A stretch of 64,000 bases of DNA from assembly GCA_043228905.1 (NCBI GenBank), contig JBHGNT010000006.1:14322001-14386000 (forward strand). The letters are read 5' to 3'. This DNA comes from Azolla caroliniana (Eukaryota; Plantae; Polypodiophyta). Within the stretch, counting starts at the first letter, position 1. Every line of letters starts with the position of its first letter. Shown here piece after piece: positions 22,009 through 34,795 of the stretch. The notes below the pieces were generated by a model that saw nothing but the letters and a program-made list of their open reading frames with translations, was not told the DNA's origin and searched no databases. Made by a program: the position numbers and the translations under genes.

Positions 22009-25000
22009 CAGTTTGTCGGGAGTGTTGACCCGACCGGTCTTGCTTCCGACATGTTGAACCGATGAAGCACCTTTATCACGTACTTCTCCTGTGACAGCCA
22101 CAACTGCTTCTTCTTCCGGTCCTGGATGATGTGCATCCCTAGTATTTGCCTCGCCGGACCCAGGTCTTTCATTGAGAAGGTTCGGTGAAGAGCCTTCTTC
22201 AGCATCCGTATCTTGACCTGGTCTCGTCCGACGATCAACATGTCGTCCACGTACAGGAGGAGTATTAGAAAGTCTCCTCCTTCGAACTTCTTCACAAACA
22301 CGCAGTGATCGGACTGCGTTTTGTGGTACCCTTCGTCTGTCATGAAGGAGTCGAACTTCCGGAACCATTGCCGGGGAGCCTGCTTCAGACCGTAAAGGCT
22401 CTTCTTCAACCGGCATACCAGGTGCTCCTTCCCTTTCTTCTCGAATCCTTCCGGTTGCTGCATGTAGATCTCTTCTTCGAGGTCACCGTGAAGGAATGCC
22501 GTCTTCACGTCCATCTGTTCTACCTCGAGGTCCATGCTTGCCGCTATGCTCAGCACCGTCCGGATGGAGGTCATCTTCACTACCGGGGCAAATATCTCGT
22601 CGAAGTCGACGCCCTTCTTCTGCTGAAACCCCTTCACCACGATCCTGGCTTTGTATCTCGGGGGGTTTCCGGCATCTCCCGGTTTCAGCTTGAACACCCA
22701 CTTGTTACGGAGTGCCCGTTTTCCTTTCGGCAACTCCACAAGTTCATATGTGTGGTTCTCATGCAGGGAATCCATCTCCTCCTGCATGGCACTTAACCAC
22801 CTGCGGCTATGGGTGTCATGCTTCGCTTCTTCAAAGCTCTCCGGCTCCCCCTCGTCGGTTAGCAGCACGTGATCTGGTTCTGGAAATCTCCGGGGAGCCC
22901 TTCTCTCTCTTAGAGGATATCTCCGTTCCGGAGCTTCGGTAACCGGTTCTTCCGATTCTTCTTTATCCGAATCCATTTCGGGATCGGGGCCGGTTCTGGT
23001 ATCATTTTCATCTTCTTCGGCCGGTTCTGTTCCTTCACCGTCTTCGGCCGGATCTTCGAGTGTTAACCGGTCCCTTGCCGGTCGGGACTGCTCCTCGTAG
23101 AGTTTATCCTCACCGGTCGACTTGGAGCTCTTCATCTTCTTCTCCGACTCCCAGTCGGCGAGTGTCTTGTTCTCCATGAAGATGATATCACGACTCCGGA
23201 ATATCTTCTTGTCGACCGGGTCCCATACTCGGTAGCCGAACTCGTCATCGCCGTAACCGAGGAATATGCATGGCCGGGTCTTTGGATCTAGCTTTCCTCT
23301 CCGGTCCTTTGCCACATGCACGTATGCGAGACACCCGAACACCTTCAGATGCCGGTAGGATACTTCCCTACCGGTCCACACTCTCTGCGGCGTGTCTCCG
23401 TCCAAAGGTACTGAGGGTGATCTGTTTATCACGTATGTCGCCGTTGACATCGCCTCAGCCCAAAACCCCTTGGGTAATTTCGCATGCGCCAGCATACTCC
23501 GGACCCTCTCCATTATGGTCCGGTTCATCCTCTCGGCCAGCCCGTTCAGTTCCGGCGTCTTCGGCACAGTAAACTCGAGCCGGATTCCCTTCGAGCGACA
23601 GTACTCCGCGAACTGCCCCCGGTATTCCCCTCCGTTATCCGCTCGTATCGCTTTCAGCTTCTTGCCGGATTCCCTTTCCACTCTCGCGTGGAGTTCTTTG
23701 AAGACGCACAACACTTGGTCCTTTGTCTTCAACGGTGCCGTCCACAGCTTCCGGCTGTGATCATCAATGAATGTTACGAAGTACTGGGCTCCACCATGTG
23801 ACTTCGTTTCTACCTGACACACATCAGTGTGCACCAACTCCAATGGTGCGGTACGTCTCGTCGGTGGCCTTGAGCGGAAAGAGGTTCGGTGCTGCTTACC
23901 GGCCAGGCAATCGGTGCACTTCTCCAGGTGCACATGCTTCACTGGAATAAGGTTGTCTTCTGCAAGCCTCTTCATCCCCTTCTCACTCATGTGGCACAGT
24001 CTCTTGTGCCACAGCTCACCGGCAGTGTCAGCTGCCACGTTCAACTCTTCCGGACACAACCAGGCATTCATAAGGTACAGTGTGTTGACTTTCCGGGCCC
24101 GAGCCACTATCAGGCTCCCCTTGCTGAACTTCATTACGCCGTTCCGGATGCTACCTGTGTAGCCTTCATCGTCTAGCCTCCCGGCCGAAATCAGGTTCAA
24201 TCGAACCTCCGGAACGTGTCGGACATCCTTCAGCAGCATTTTGCATCCGATCGAGGTTGTCAACCACACGTCTCCTATGCCGGCAATCCGGCACGTACCT
24301 TCATTTCCCATCCGAACACAGCCATGCTCACCGACTGTGTAGGATGAGAAGTATCTTCTCTCCGGGGTCAGGTGGAACGATGCTCCGGAATCGACCACCC
24401 AGGTCGTCTCATCGCCGGCAATGTTTAGTTCACCTTCTTCGGTGATGAGCATGATTTCCTCTTCATTTGCCGCGAGTGCCGTCGTTCCTTTCCGGTCCTG
24501 CCCTCGCCGATCCGAACCATTCCGGTCCGTGGCTCCCCGGTAAGCACCGTTCTGATCCGAAGACTTCTTCGAATCGGTGTCGTCGGCTCCGTTGTCTTTT
24601 CGGTAATGCCGACAATTCTTTCGGAAGTGCCCCGGCTTCCCACAGTGGAAGCATGTGGGCCTTCCTCTTGACTGCGACCGGGTCCCCGACTTCTCCCGTC
24701 TTTGCGGACTCCGGTTCCGTTGTCTTCCCCGATCCGATTCGGTAAACAACATCTTCGGATCGGAGGCCGGTTCTTTATCTCTCCGACGCGCTTCTTCGTT
24801 CAAAATACTTGTCTTTACCGTTTGTAGGGACAAGTTATCTTCGGTGCAGGAGGTGCTGAGAGTCACCACCAAGTTCTCCCAGCTTTCCGGCAATGTACAC
24901 ATCAGAATGATGGCTTGCATTGCATCCTCCAGCGGGAACTTGATCGCCGCAAGCTGGTTCACGAATCCCATGAACGTGCTTACGTGTTCCACCATACTCT

Positions 25001-25349
25001 CGCCGTCCCGGTACTTGAGGTTCACTATCTTCCTCATCAGGGAGGTCCGGTTCAACGCATTCTTCCTCTCGTAGAGGCCCGACAGCTTCCGCCACATCTC
25101 ATATGCGTTGGTGTGGTTCGCCACATGTTGTAGAACGCTCACGTCGACGTATTGCCGAATGGTTGCAACGGTTTTCCGGTTCAGAAGCCTCCATTCCGAC
25201 TCAAGTACCCCCTTCGGTATTTCCGACCTGTCAATCGGTTCGTACAGGTCCCGAACAATCAGAAGATCCTCCACCTTGATCTTCCAGTCGGCGTAATTCT
25301 GCGCATTCAGCACCATCATCCCCGGCTGCCCGCTGCCGCCGCCTTCCAT
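22009..25349 (-). pseudogene. Copia D gag-pol (open frame, YVDD intact, truncated)
   Basis: ORF 22002-25439 of the track; true ATG at 25349. Confidence 0.93.
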
Positions 25350-25379
25350 TTTCTGCAGCAACTCGCTCTGATACCAAAT

Positions 25380-25972
25380 TGATGGAAATAATCGACACTT
25401 TCCAAACTTCACCTCTCGGCCACAACCAAGGAAACACACGAATCGTTGTTGCAGAAAATGGGAAATGCAAAAGTAAGTAAGAGGACACGCGATTTAACGT
25501 GGAAAACCCTGTACGGGAAAAACCACGGGAGTACAAGACTCCGAACCAAAACTATGCACAGAGAAATATACAATGGCGACGACCTTGAGCTCGTTGTCCT
25601 CGCCACAGGCGGCGGGATTACACAGAGGCGTCGACCTCTTCCTCTCTCACGCTCTATCTCTCTCACGGCTGCTCTCTCTTCACTCCTCTTAAGTGGAAAA
25701 ACAGAAAAATGAGTAGCAACGTCAAAACTGTTTGCCCTAAGTCATATTTATACACATATGACTTTAGGGCTATTTACAACTATAGCCTCAAGGGCCCTTG
25801 GCAAACATATTCACAGATATGTCCCCGCATCCGGATCTCTCTCCGGGTACATTCGTCATCCGGCTCCGAAGCCGGGGTCTTCATCATCCGGTTCCGAAAC
25901 CGCAACCGGGCTTGTCGTCATTCATCTCCGACATCCGACCATCCCATCCGGAAAGGGACCGTAATCCCAACA
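25380..25972 (-). repeat. 5' LTR of copia D with a variant U5 end
   Basis: Plus-strand TGATGGAA...TCCCAACA; matches the A/B LTR except for about 120 bp next to the PBS. Confidence 0.9.
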
Positions 25973-26094
25973 ATCCCAACACTTAACAGAGATACCACAT
26001 GTCCAAGCATCACCACCTCTTTTTCACCAATGCGACACTTGTCAGGGTTGAGTTGTCCTTTGCATCATCGAGTCGTTTGAAAGTTTCCTGCACC

Positions 26095-26665
26095 ACGGTC
26101 GGGACAGACGGATGCGACCTAATTGCACCGGACGAACGGATGCGGAAGAACTACTCGGGATAGACGGATGTGGAAGGATGGAGTGCACAGGACGAACTGA
26201 CGGTAGGTTGATGCGGTTGATTTGAAAGGATGGTCGCAAGTGGGACACATGCCATTGAACGTGGAGGCCATGCAACTAATGTAAATGCCATATGGGACAC
26301 ATGCCATTGAACGTGGAGGCCATGCAACTAAAGTAAATGCCATGTGGGACGCATGCAACTGAATGTGGAGGCCATGTAATTAAAGAAAACACCATGTGGG
26401 ACGCATGCAACTGACCTAGAGATGCAAACTGGACTTCCTTCATGCAAGTGCATATATCTTCGAGTGGTAACATGCCATGTGGGATGCATGCAACTGAACG
26501 CGAAGGCCATGTACCTAAAGGAAACGCCATGTGGGACGCATGCAACTGAGCTAGAGATGCAAACTAGAGTTCCTTCATGCAAATGCATATATCTTCGAGT
26601 GATAACATGCAATTAAAGGGGAGAGTGATAATTTTTGGGGGAAATCTTAGGAAAAGGGAAAAGAA
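26095..26665 (+). repeat. Fragment of a gypsy E-type LTR with about 52-bp tandem repeats
   Basis: CATGTGGGACGCATGCAACTGAACGTGGAGGC units; matches 30840-31225. Confidence 0.75.
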
Positions 26666-26959
26666 AAATCTAGGGAAAAGTACCAAGATACCCTGGAAGT
26701 TTGTCTATTTACCAGACTGGCCTTGGAAGTTCCAAATTTACCAAACTACCCCTATGTCCAAAAAAATATACTTTATAAAGTAATTATACACTCAAATCTA
26801 CAAGCCCTATTTACCAAAATACCCTTCAAACACAAATTTCTTTACTTAAGGGATTCTTTGGGTCCTTTGTACCTAACAGTGTAGTCTGTCTTTTTTTTCT
26901 TGTTAATTGGGTTGATCAATCAAGATCCATAGAAATACTTCCTTTGTACCTAACAGTGT

Positions 26960-29720
26960 ACCAAAGTTGATTGAGCTCTTAAAGGAAAAGGTGTATATGG
27001 GAATTTTGGAACTGTCGAACGCTCCTTACTCTAATAGATGGTTTATGGCATCGAAGAAGAATGGATCGTTGCGATTCATCCAAGGTCTTCAACCCGTCAA
27101 CAAGGTGACAATTCAGAATGTTGGAATCAGTCCGAGTGTGGATGAATTTGTTGAGGCGTTTGCAGGCCGCTCCATCTACTTCGTTGGCGATCTGTACTCT
27201 GGATACGAATAATTCCAGTTGGCGGTCAATAGTCGTGATATTACAACCATGAGAACTCCGATCGAGCTTGTGCAGATGTGTACCTTACCTCAAGGTGCAA
27301 TGAGCTCAGTGGCTCATATGGTGAATGCCATGAACAAGGTCTTGAAGGATTGCATCCCGGGCATCACGATACCCTTCTTGGATGATATTCCGATAAAAGG
27401 ATGTTCGGATGAGGAGAACGATTAATCGAAAGATATGGATGGATGCAGAAAGTTCATCATGGATCATATGAAGGATTGCGAGAAGGTGTTGCAAAGGCTC
27501 AAAGATGCGAATTTGACATTTTCGGGAGAAAAGTCCGCATTTGAGCAACCGGAGATCTTGGTGGTAGGTCACTTGTGTGGAGCATACGGCTGGAAGCCTT
27601 CGCCATCCAAAGTGAATGCGATCCAGGACATGAAAGAAGAATACGTAACCCAAACGGAGGTTCAAAGGTTCCTTGGAGCATGCGCATTTTATCATATTTG
27701 GATTCCACATTACGCCCACATTGCTAAGCCATTGTAGGGTTTGCTGAAGAAGAAGCGGAGATTTGAATGGACGAGCAAGCATACTTTCGCCATTCGAAGG
27801 CTGAAGAAATTACTAATGGAGGCACCTGCATTACGAAAGGTAGACTATTCAAAAGGCAAACCCATTTTCGTGACTGTGCATACTAGTCCAACCAAAATCG
27901 AATGGGTTATCAACCAAGAAGACGAAGATTGCAACTGATATGCAATTTGGTTTGGCACGAAAGTCTTAACTGATAGGAAAAGAAGGTATGCCCAAGTGAA
28001 GAGGTAGCTATGGAGAATCGTATCGGCGATCAAGTTTGATCGTGACTACCTTATTGGAATAGAAGTCATAATCGAGACCAAGGTTGTTAGGTACGGTACG
28101 GATACCATACATATTTAACGTATTAATACCCGTATAGTACCTCCCAATTTAAAAATACGTTAAATACGTTTTCTTAATATGTTAAATACGTATTTTATAT
28201 ATAGTATGTTAAATACTTCTAGAATTTGAAAATTATTTACCTTTCTAAAAAATATCTATAATATTGTAAAAAACATCTATGTTTACACAATTTTGTGATG
28301 TACAATATAGTTCTACATCCTAAAATGCATATAAGACATTTGAACATTTCACATCCTAAAATACTTGTAGTAATATGGATGTCGACATTCCCTTATTCTA
28401 TAAATCAGTGTAAGTGTGTATCACGATGTTCTACTTCAAATTATAATTATTTACAATTATGCCTTCATAGATTGAGGAATCATCTACGATTATCACACTC
28501 ATGATAGGTTTCTCTTTTCTTCGTTTTCTTCTTCTTCTTCTTCTATTTTCTGCGATTATCACACTCAAGACAGGTTTATGTCTTCTTTTCTTTCTTCTTC
28601 TTCACCTTCTTCATCGTCGTCTCTTATATTCTTCTTTCTTCCTTCCTTTGGCTTCTTTTTCACTAAAATCTTTTTGTTCTTTTGCTTTTTTTAGGGTTTT
28701 ACTTACATTTTCTTTATAAATACGTATTATACCTGTTTTTTTATAAATACGTTAAATACCGTATTGGACAAACGTACATGATATTTGACTGAACAACATT
28801 GAGGTATAGTACGTACTATACAAATTATGAGGTACTATACGTATTTAAACGTTAAATACGGGTACGTAAACAACCATGATCGAGACAGATTGCCTACCAA
28901 TCTTGGGTATTATATCTAGTTGTAGTACACCAGATATTGCCATGTTGCGTTGGATCGCATCTATCAAATCACTCAACCTAGAGATCCTTCATGTAGCTGG
29001 GAAGCGTTATGTCGTTGTAGACATGCTATCACGAGCGAGATACGACGGAGAAGAAGATCGACATTCTGATGAAGAGGATGTTGGCTTGGACTTTTTTACA
29101 AGTTCCTACGCTCGGGTGCTGACTACTTTCATAGAAGAGGACTACGAAGGTGAATTCGTGGAGATTGGGAAATACTCGAGTTCTCTCCAAAGAGATGAAT
29201 CTTGGTCGACGCAAGACTTCCACCGAATTCGGAAGAAGGCATACAAGTATTTCCTTAAGGATGGAGCTCTTTGGAGGCATGCGAAGAAGAAGAATGAGAC
29301 TCCAATGAGAGTTCTCTACAAGCTGGAAGACCAACAAAACTTGATGTCTATATTTCATGATAGTGTTTGGGCAGGCTATCAAAGAATATGGGCTACGTTC
29401 ACGAAGCTGAAGGAGAAATATTGGTGGCCGGGCATCTACAAGGATGTAGCAGCTTACGTGGAAACATGTAAGGAATGTCCGATGTTTTCGACTATTCTCC
29501 ATCAAGATGAACTTCATCTGACTTACCCATCAGCTATGCATTACAAGTGGATGGTGGACATTGTAATGATGCCAATGGCGCAATGGCAGATGAAGTATCT
29601 TGTGCTCGCGAGAAAGGATCTTACTAATCAAGTTGAAGGGCGAGCATTGAGAACTAAGAAGACATCATCAATATGCAGATTCCTTCTTCAAGATGTTATT
29701 TGCATATATGGATGTGGCCG
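26960..29720 (+). pseudogene. pol: Degenerate gypsy E pol (RT-RH-IN), interrupted by a MITE and truncated in IN
   Basis: PYSNRWF..KKNGSLRFIQ, DLYSGY, LPQGA, PFLDD, IETDCLPILG, YWWPG..C..C; many stops. Confidence 0.88.
28079..28878. mobile_element. Non-autonomous hAT-type DNA transposon (MITE), 800 bp, 8-bp TSD ATCGAGAC
   Basis: TSD at 28071-28078 and 28879-28886; TIR CAAGGTTGTT / AACAACCATG; subterminal TACG-rich repeats. Confidence 0.9.
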
Positions 29721-30149
29721 AACTGGATAGTTGGATGCAACTGAACTGCCCAAACGGACAGATGCGGATGAACTTCTCGGAACTGTTTTGGAACCATTTG
29801 GAACATCCAGAATGGACCAGACGACTGGAACAGTCGGATGCGGAAGAACAACTCAGGACGGATCGGAATGGACCGGATGAACCGGAACAGACCGGACGAC
29901 CAGAACAGTCAAATGCAAAACAACTACTCGGGACGATCGGGACGGACAGATGTGGAAGGACCAGATGGACCGGACCAGATGGATTGGGACGTACTGGACA
30001 ATAGGATGTGGAAGAAGTTCTCAAGAGGGTTGGGATAGACGGATGCGGAAGGACGGAGTGCACGGGCTAAACTATACAAACGGTAGGAGTATGTGGCTAA
30101 TTTGAAAGGATGGTCGCATGTAAGACGCATGCAACTGAACGTGGAGGAA
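29721..30149 (+). repeat. GGAC/GGAT-rich repeats upstream of the gypsy E LTR, duplicated inside that LTR
   Basis: Similar to 30485-30740. Confidence 0.65.
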
Positions 30150-31448
30150 TGTCGTGTGGTTCTTCACACACGATATGAAAAATAGTGAAATAATTATTTT
30201 AGATTAGCTTAATGGCTTGGTACGAAATGATGGACATTTTCAAGAGCTTCCAAACACATTTTACTACGTATGAAACAGACAACTACATATCAAGTTATGT
30301 GTGTGTGAAGTTGGAGAAGATGGGGAAACATAATTGTAAGATATCTCACATAAACAAGACAACATCGGATCCATCAGTATATAAGCAGACCCAGAATCCA
30401 TTTGTTCATATCTGTGTGTTCAGAGCATAGAATAGCCAGGGTGATCCAGGTAGTACTTTCCGAATGGACGGAGGAGGTCGAATTGGATGGACGAATGTGG
30501 CCGAATTGCCTAGACTGACGGATGCGAATGAACTGCTCTGAACGGTTTTGGAATGTCCAGAACGGATCTGACGGGCCGGACCAGAACGGTCGAATGCGGA
30601 AGAATGGCTTGGGATGGTCGGGATGGACGGATGTGGAAGGATGGAGTGCACGGGCCGCACTATACAGACATTAGGATGATGCGGCTGATTTCAAAGAATG
30701 GTCACATGTGGAACACATGGAACTGAACGTGGAGGCCATGCAACTAAAGTAAATGTCCGGAACTGCTCAGAACGGTTTTGGAATGTTCGGAACAGACCGG
30801 AACGGAACGATCAAATGCGGAAGAACTGCTCGGGATGATCAGGACGAACGGATGCAACTAAACTGTTCGGAACGTTTAGGATGAACTGCTCGGGACAGTT
30901 GGGACGGACGGATGTGGAAGGATGGTATGCACAGGTCAAACTCTACGGACGGTAGGATGATACGGCTGATTTGAAAGGATGATCGCATGTGGAACGCATG
31001 CAACTGAACGTGGAGGCCATGGAACTAAAGTAAATGTCATGTGGGACGCATGCAACTGAACATGGAGGCCATGCAACTAAAGAAAATGCCATGTGGGACG
31101 CATGCAACTGAGCTAGAGATGCAAACTGGAGTTCCTTCATGCAAGTGCATATATCTTCGAGTGGTAACATGCAATTAAAGGGGAGAACGATAATTTTTTG
31201 GGAGAATCTTAGGAAAAGGGAAAGGAAATATCTATCACTTGGGGGACAGAACCCTAATTTCTCTTATCTGTTAATCTTCGTAAGCCTAAACTTTTGTAAT
31301 CCCAATCTTGGGATAGATTGTAATTTTTCTTTTCTTTATTAATGAAAATTACCAAAATTTCTCATTTCATTTAATTCATAAAACATAAACGCACGAATCT
31401 GGTATCCTTTAGTCGAAGGCCCTTGGGTCCTGCCTCAAGTTCACGACA
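30150..31448 (+). repeat. Probable 3' LTR of gypsy E (1.3 kb)
   Basis: TGTCGTG...CACGACA inverted termini, short purine run upstream, TATATAA near 30378; flanks are not a TSD. Confidence 0.65.
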
Positions 31449-31469
31449 CAGCTTCACCTTCCTTTGGCT

Positions 31470-33989
31470 TTTGGTTCAGTTGCTCTTCTGGTTGTCCCTC
31501 ATCACTGATATTTATGGTCGTCGTTCTTTTCCTCACTTCTAACAATCGGCGCTCCCATTGGTATCACTCAAACTGTAACTGTGTTCCGAGTTGATCATCA
31601 TCGGGCCTTTCAATCAGCCTCCGAACAGCTTTGAGGTGAATTTCGGCCAAGAAAAAGAAGTTGTCTGACAGTTCCTCTTGGATGGTGACAATACTTTCTT
31701 CATCCATCTTGTAGAAATTGTCACCGTCCTTCTTCCGGTTTTCTGCATCGGCTAGGAGAATCTGTAATTCTGCCGCTTGCTACGACCATTGATTCCAACT
31801 GTGGTCGCACAATCCTCAATATTGGTCTTCCTATGGTTTTTCCATGTCGTGACTATCATCTGAATCCATTCCATAGCAAGCTTTATACTGTCGTCTGCAG
31901 CCTGCTTCTCGTTCTTCATCGTCTTCATAAGGGCGGTTGTGGCATGTGCCTATACCTCATAATCCAGCAACTGGGTTTGGTAGCTCATTTGGACCCTATC
32001 CAAAGCCATTTTTGCCCATTCTATTTCTTCATAATGCTTTCAGTGAGTTGTGTTCTTTCCCTTGCCTCTTCTTCCAACATCTTCGTTGTTCAGACAACCA
32101 TCCTTTGTTCTTCTGCCAATACCTCTGTTTTTCTTGGCCAATTCCGTCCGGACTTCCTTTAATTTCTCTTGTTGCCGGTCAAACTCTGACCCCAGCTTTT
32201 TGTGTTCCGCTTCAAGCTGCTTATGGTCCTGGTGCAGCTTGTCGAAGTTCTCGTTTTTCGCTTCAACCGTCAGCTTCTTCGAGAGCGTGCCTAGTCCTCT
32301 CTCCTTCTGTTGATGGATTTTTTCTTTTTGCCATTCTATTTCCATTTCCACCATTCTTCGAAGCTTGTCCTTTCTCTACAGTAGCTTCTCTCTTTCCTCC
32401 TTCAGTCGGTCGTTGTTCAAATGACTCTTCCAGAGATTTTCTTCCGTTCTCTATCTTTCTTCTTCGGTTGTTTTCTTTTCTTCCCTTTCTCTTTCTCTTA
32501 ATGCTTATTGAGCCGCTAGTTCCTCCCTTAGTGTTATCATTTCCTGTTCCAGCTCCACATCTTTTACCAGGGCTATGCGGTCCTCCAGTTGCGCATCTGT
32601 TTTTGGAGCTTCCTTCTATAGATTAGCCAGTCGCACCAGCTCCATTGCTTCACTTGTGCTTGGGCCCATACTGCCCATAATGGCCGCAAATCCGTTAGCC
32701 CTCTTTAGCTCCCCTTCCAGGCTCTAGATCCGTGTTCAGACCTTCTCCAATTCTTCGGTTGTGGCCAGTAGCCGCTCCGCCTGACTTCCTCTCTGCTTTT
32801 GTTCTTCTTCCATCCAGTCAGCCACGTCGGATACCTGTTCCCCAAGCCACTTTAACCACTAGCGGCAAGTTTCATGTTGCATTAGGGTTGCGAATTGCTG
32901 CACTAGCTCCGGTCTCAGCTCTTGCTCCTCCCTGTGCCATTGGGTCAACAGTTCTTATTCCGATGTCCGCTCCGGACGGCGTTCCTCGTGCTGTTGCGCT
33001 TGGAGACCCAATGAGGTCAGTCTTTCTGTACCCGGTTCTTGTTGAACCATTGTCACCGCTTTTGGTCTAATTACCGGCTCTTCCTTCGTCTTGGGTTCCA
33101 CCACCGTTGAGCAGGTCTTTGGGGTATTGTCCAGCTCCAAACCTGTTCCTTCGCCTTGTTGCTCCATGTCACGCTTCCTTGGGCGACGTTGAAGGGTTTT
33201 AGCTGGTTCTTCTTTAGCCTCTTCCTCCACGGTTTCTTGGTTCACCCTACGTACCAATTCATCCTAGTCTCTGTCACGCCGTCGCAACTTTATCTTGATT
33301 GGTTTTTCCGTCTTTTCCAGCATTTCCTCCACTGGTTCCTGTCTCTGATTCACCGAGACTTCTTCCCACCAAGACGAGTCTCCTGTTGTCCATCCAGCGA
33401 TATGCTTTGGTAGGAGCTACTGCCATTTGGATGACTTATTCGGTGTGATTTTTGGACGGGTTTGCTTCTTTGGCTTGATGGCGTGTATTGGGGGTACCAA
33501 TAATGTTAGCCAATGTGCTAATCCGTACCATGCTTTCTTGCCGTCCACTACGGATGCAATGCCTGTCCGTAGAGAGTCGGCTATAATTACTGACCAGTCC
33601 ACCTTGAGGCCTTCAAATGCTGCTATGATGAATCCAGCCTTCTTCTTTGGCATGGTTGGTGGTCGGGGATGCATAAATCCGTATTCCAATAAAACGTGAT
33701 CCACCTCCCTAAACAGGGGATCCTCACTGCCCTATGTTCGGTACGCTTTGCTAGCGATGGAGTACTCCCAAAGTATTCGGTCAAGATGTCTGTGGGGGGT
33801 TTTCGATGGAACACAGTCCTCCATCAAGCAATCCAACGAGAGTATGCATCGTGCCTTTGGACATTTCTTCGAGATCGATTGTTGATGTGACCTTCTCCGG
33901 TTCTTCGTGTGGTGGTGCAAACGCTACCCGAAGGAATCCTTCATGTCGTGCTTGTTGAGCTAGCCTTTGGTCGCGGATGAGATTGCCAT
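31470..33989 (-). pseudogene. Disrupted extra 3' ORF of gypsy A2
   Basis: EYGFMHPRPP..GFIIAAFEGLKVDW..GKKAW.GLAHWLTLLVPP aligns to the 20467 ORF; coiled-coil fragment at 32040-32354; 3' end approximate. Confidence 0.8.
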
Positions 33990-34795
33990 TGATCCTATAT
34001 CTTTGTCTTCGACTTCTCTATTGTGGTTGTGGGTTTGGGCTTGATTGATCAGTTGGGCTCGTCCGAAACCCTATGTGCTCTGTTGCGTTCTCAAGATCTT
34101 CATTCGCGAAATGAGACTCCTTCGTTCGCCCGGAAGCTTTGTGCCCCCATATTTCACCACCGCCTCTTCTTGATTCCCATGCATGCACGTCGTGTACCAT
34201 AATAGCATTATGACTCCGTGTGGTGCGCTTTAAATGGGCTGACACCACACCTTCTCATTGTGGCCATTCAAAATCTCGAATAGTATCTTTCTTTCTTTTT
34301 TTCCCCCTCTTAAATCCCATGTATAGCCTAAAGTACCTCATTGTACCGAGTGTCGTTAGGTCATTCATTGGTATCCAGTGGGACTGGCTCCATTATCGAC
34401 GAAAGTTCACCGGTCACTATGTCATAGCCAGTTTACTGGTTTTGCTATTCCTCCGGTTCTCGGAACGAGTTCTCCAGCATCGGTCCTTTGTACGGTTTTA
34501 GCCAGAACCCGTTAACCCATTTCTTCAATATCTCGCCGGCCAGCGTGCCAAGTTGGTAAGACCCGTTGAACTCCCTTGTAATCCACATTGGTCCGGTCCA
34601 CCCGAACCACAACTTCCCTGGCATGCTGCCCATCCGGGTCTAGAATACCAGTATCGGCCTTCCGATGCCGAAATCGTTCTCATTGTCGCGGTTGTGCCGG
34701 TCCTCGAAAGCTTTCCGTTGTCGTAGTGTATTTCGCACTAAGTGAAAAATGTATAAAGTACCCAATTCAATAAATATGAAGAAATAGAAGAAAAT

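Larger units (their letters stand above)
22009..25972 (-). mobile_element. Ty1/copia copy D, 3'-truncated inside RT; no 3' LTR
   Basis: LTR 25380-25972, PBS 25365-25376; identity to copy B ends at about 22009. Confidence 0.95.

Noticed and set aside
1-25300. Many short antisense and alternate-frame ORFs repeated in copia A, B and D
   Set aside because: Shadows of GC-rich gag-pol codon usage; they recur only because the copies are nearly identical.
26615-26640. AAAGGGGAGAG-TG as a PPT plus LTR start (also near 31177)
   Set aside because: The second copy falls inside the larger TGTCGTG...CACGACA unit and no matching end was found.
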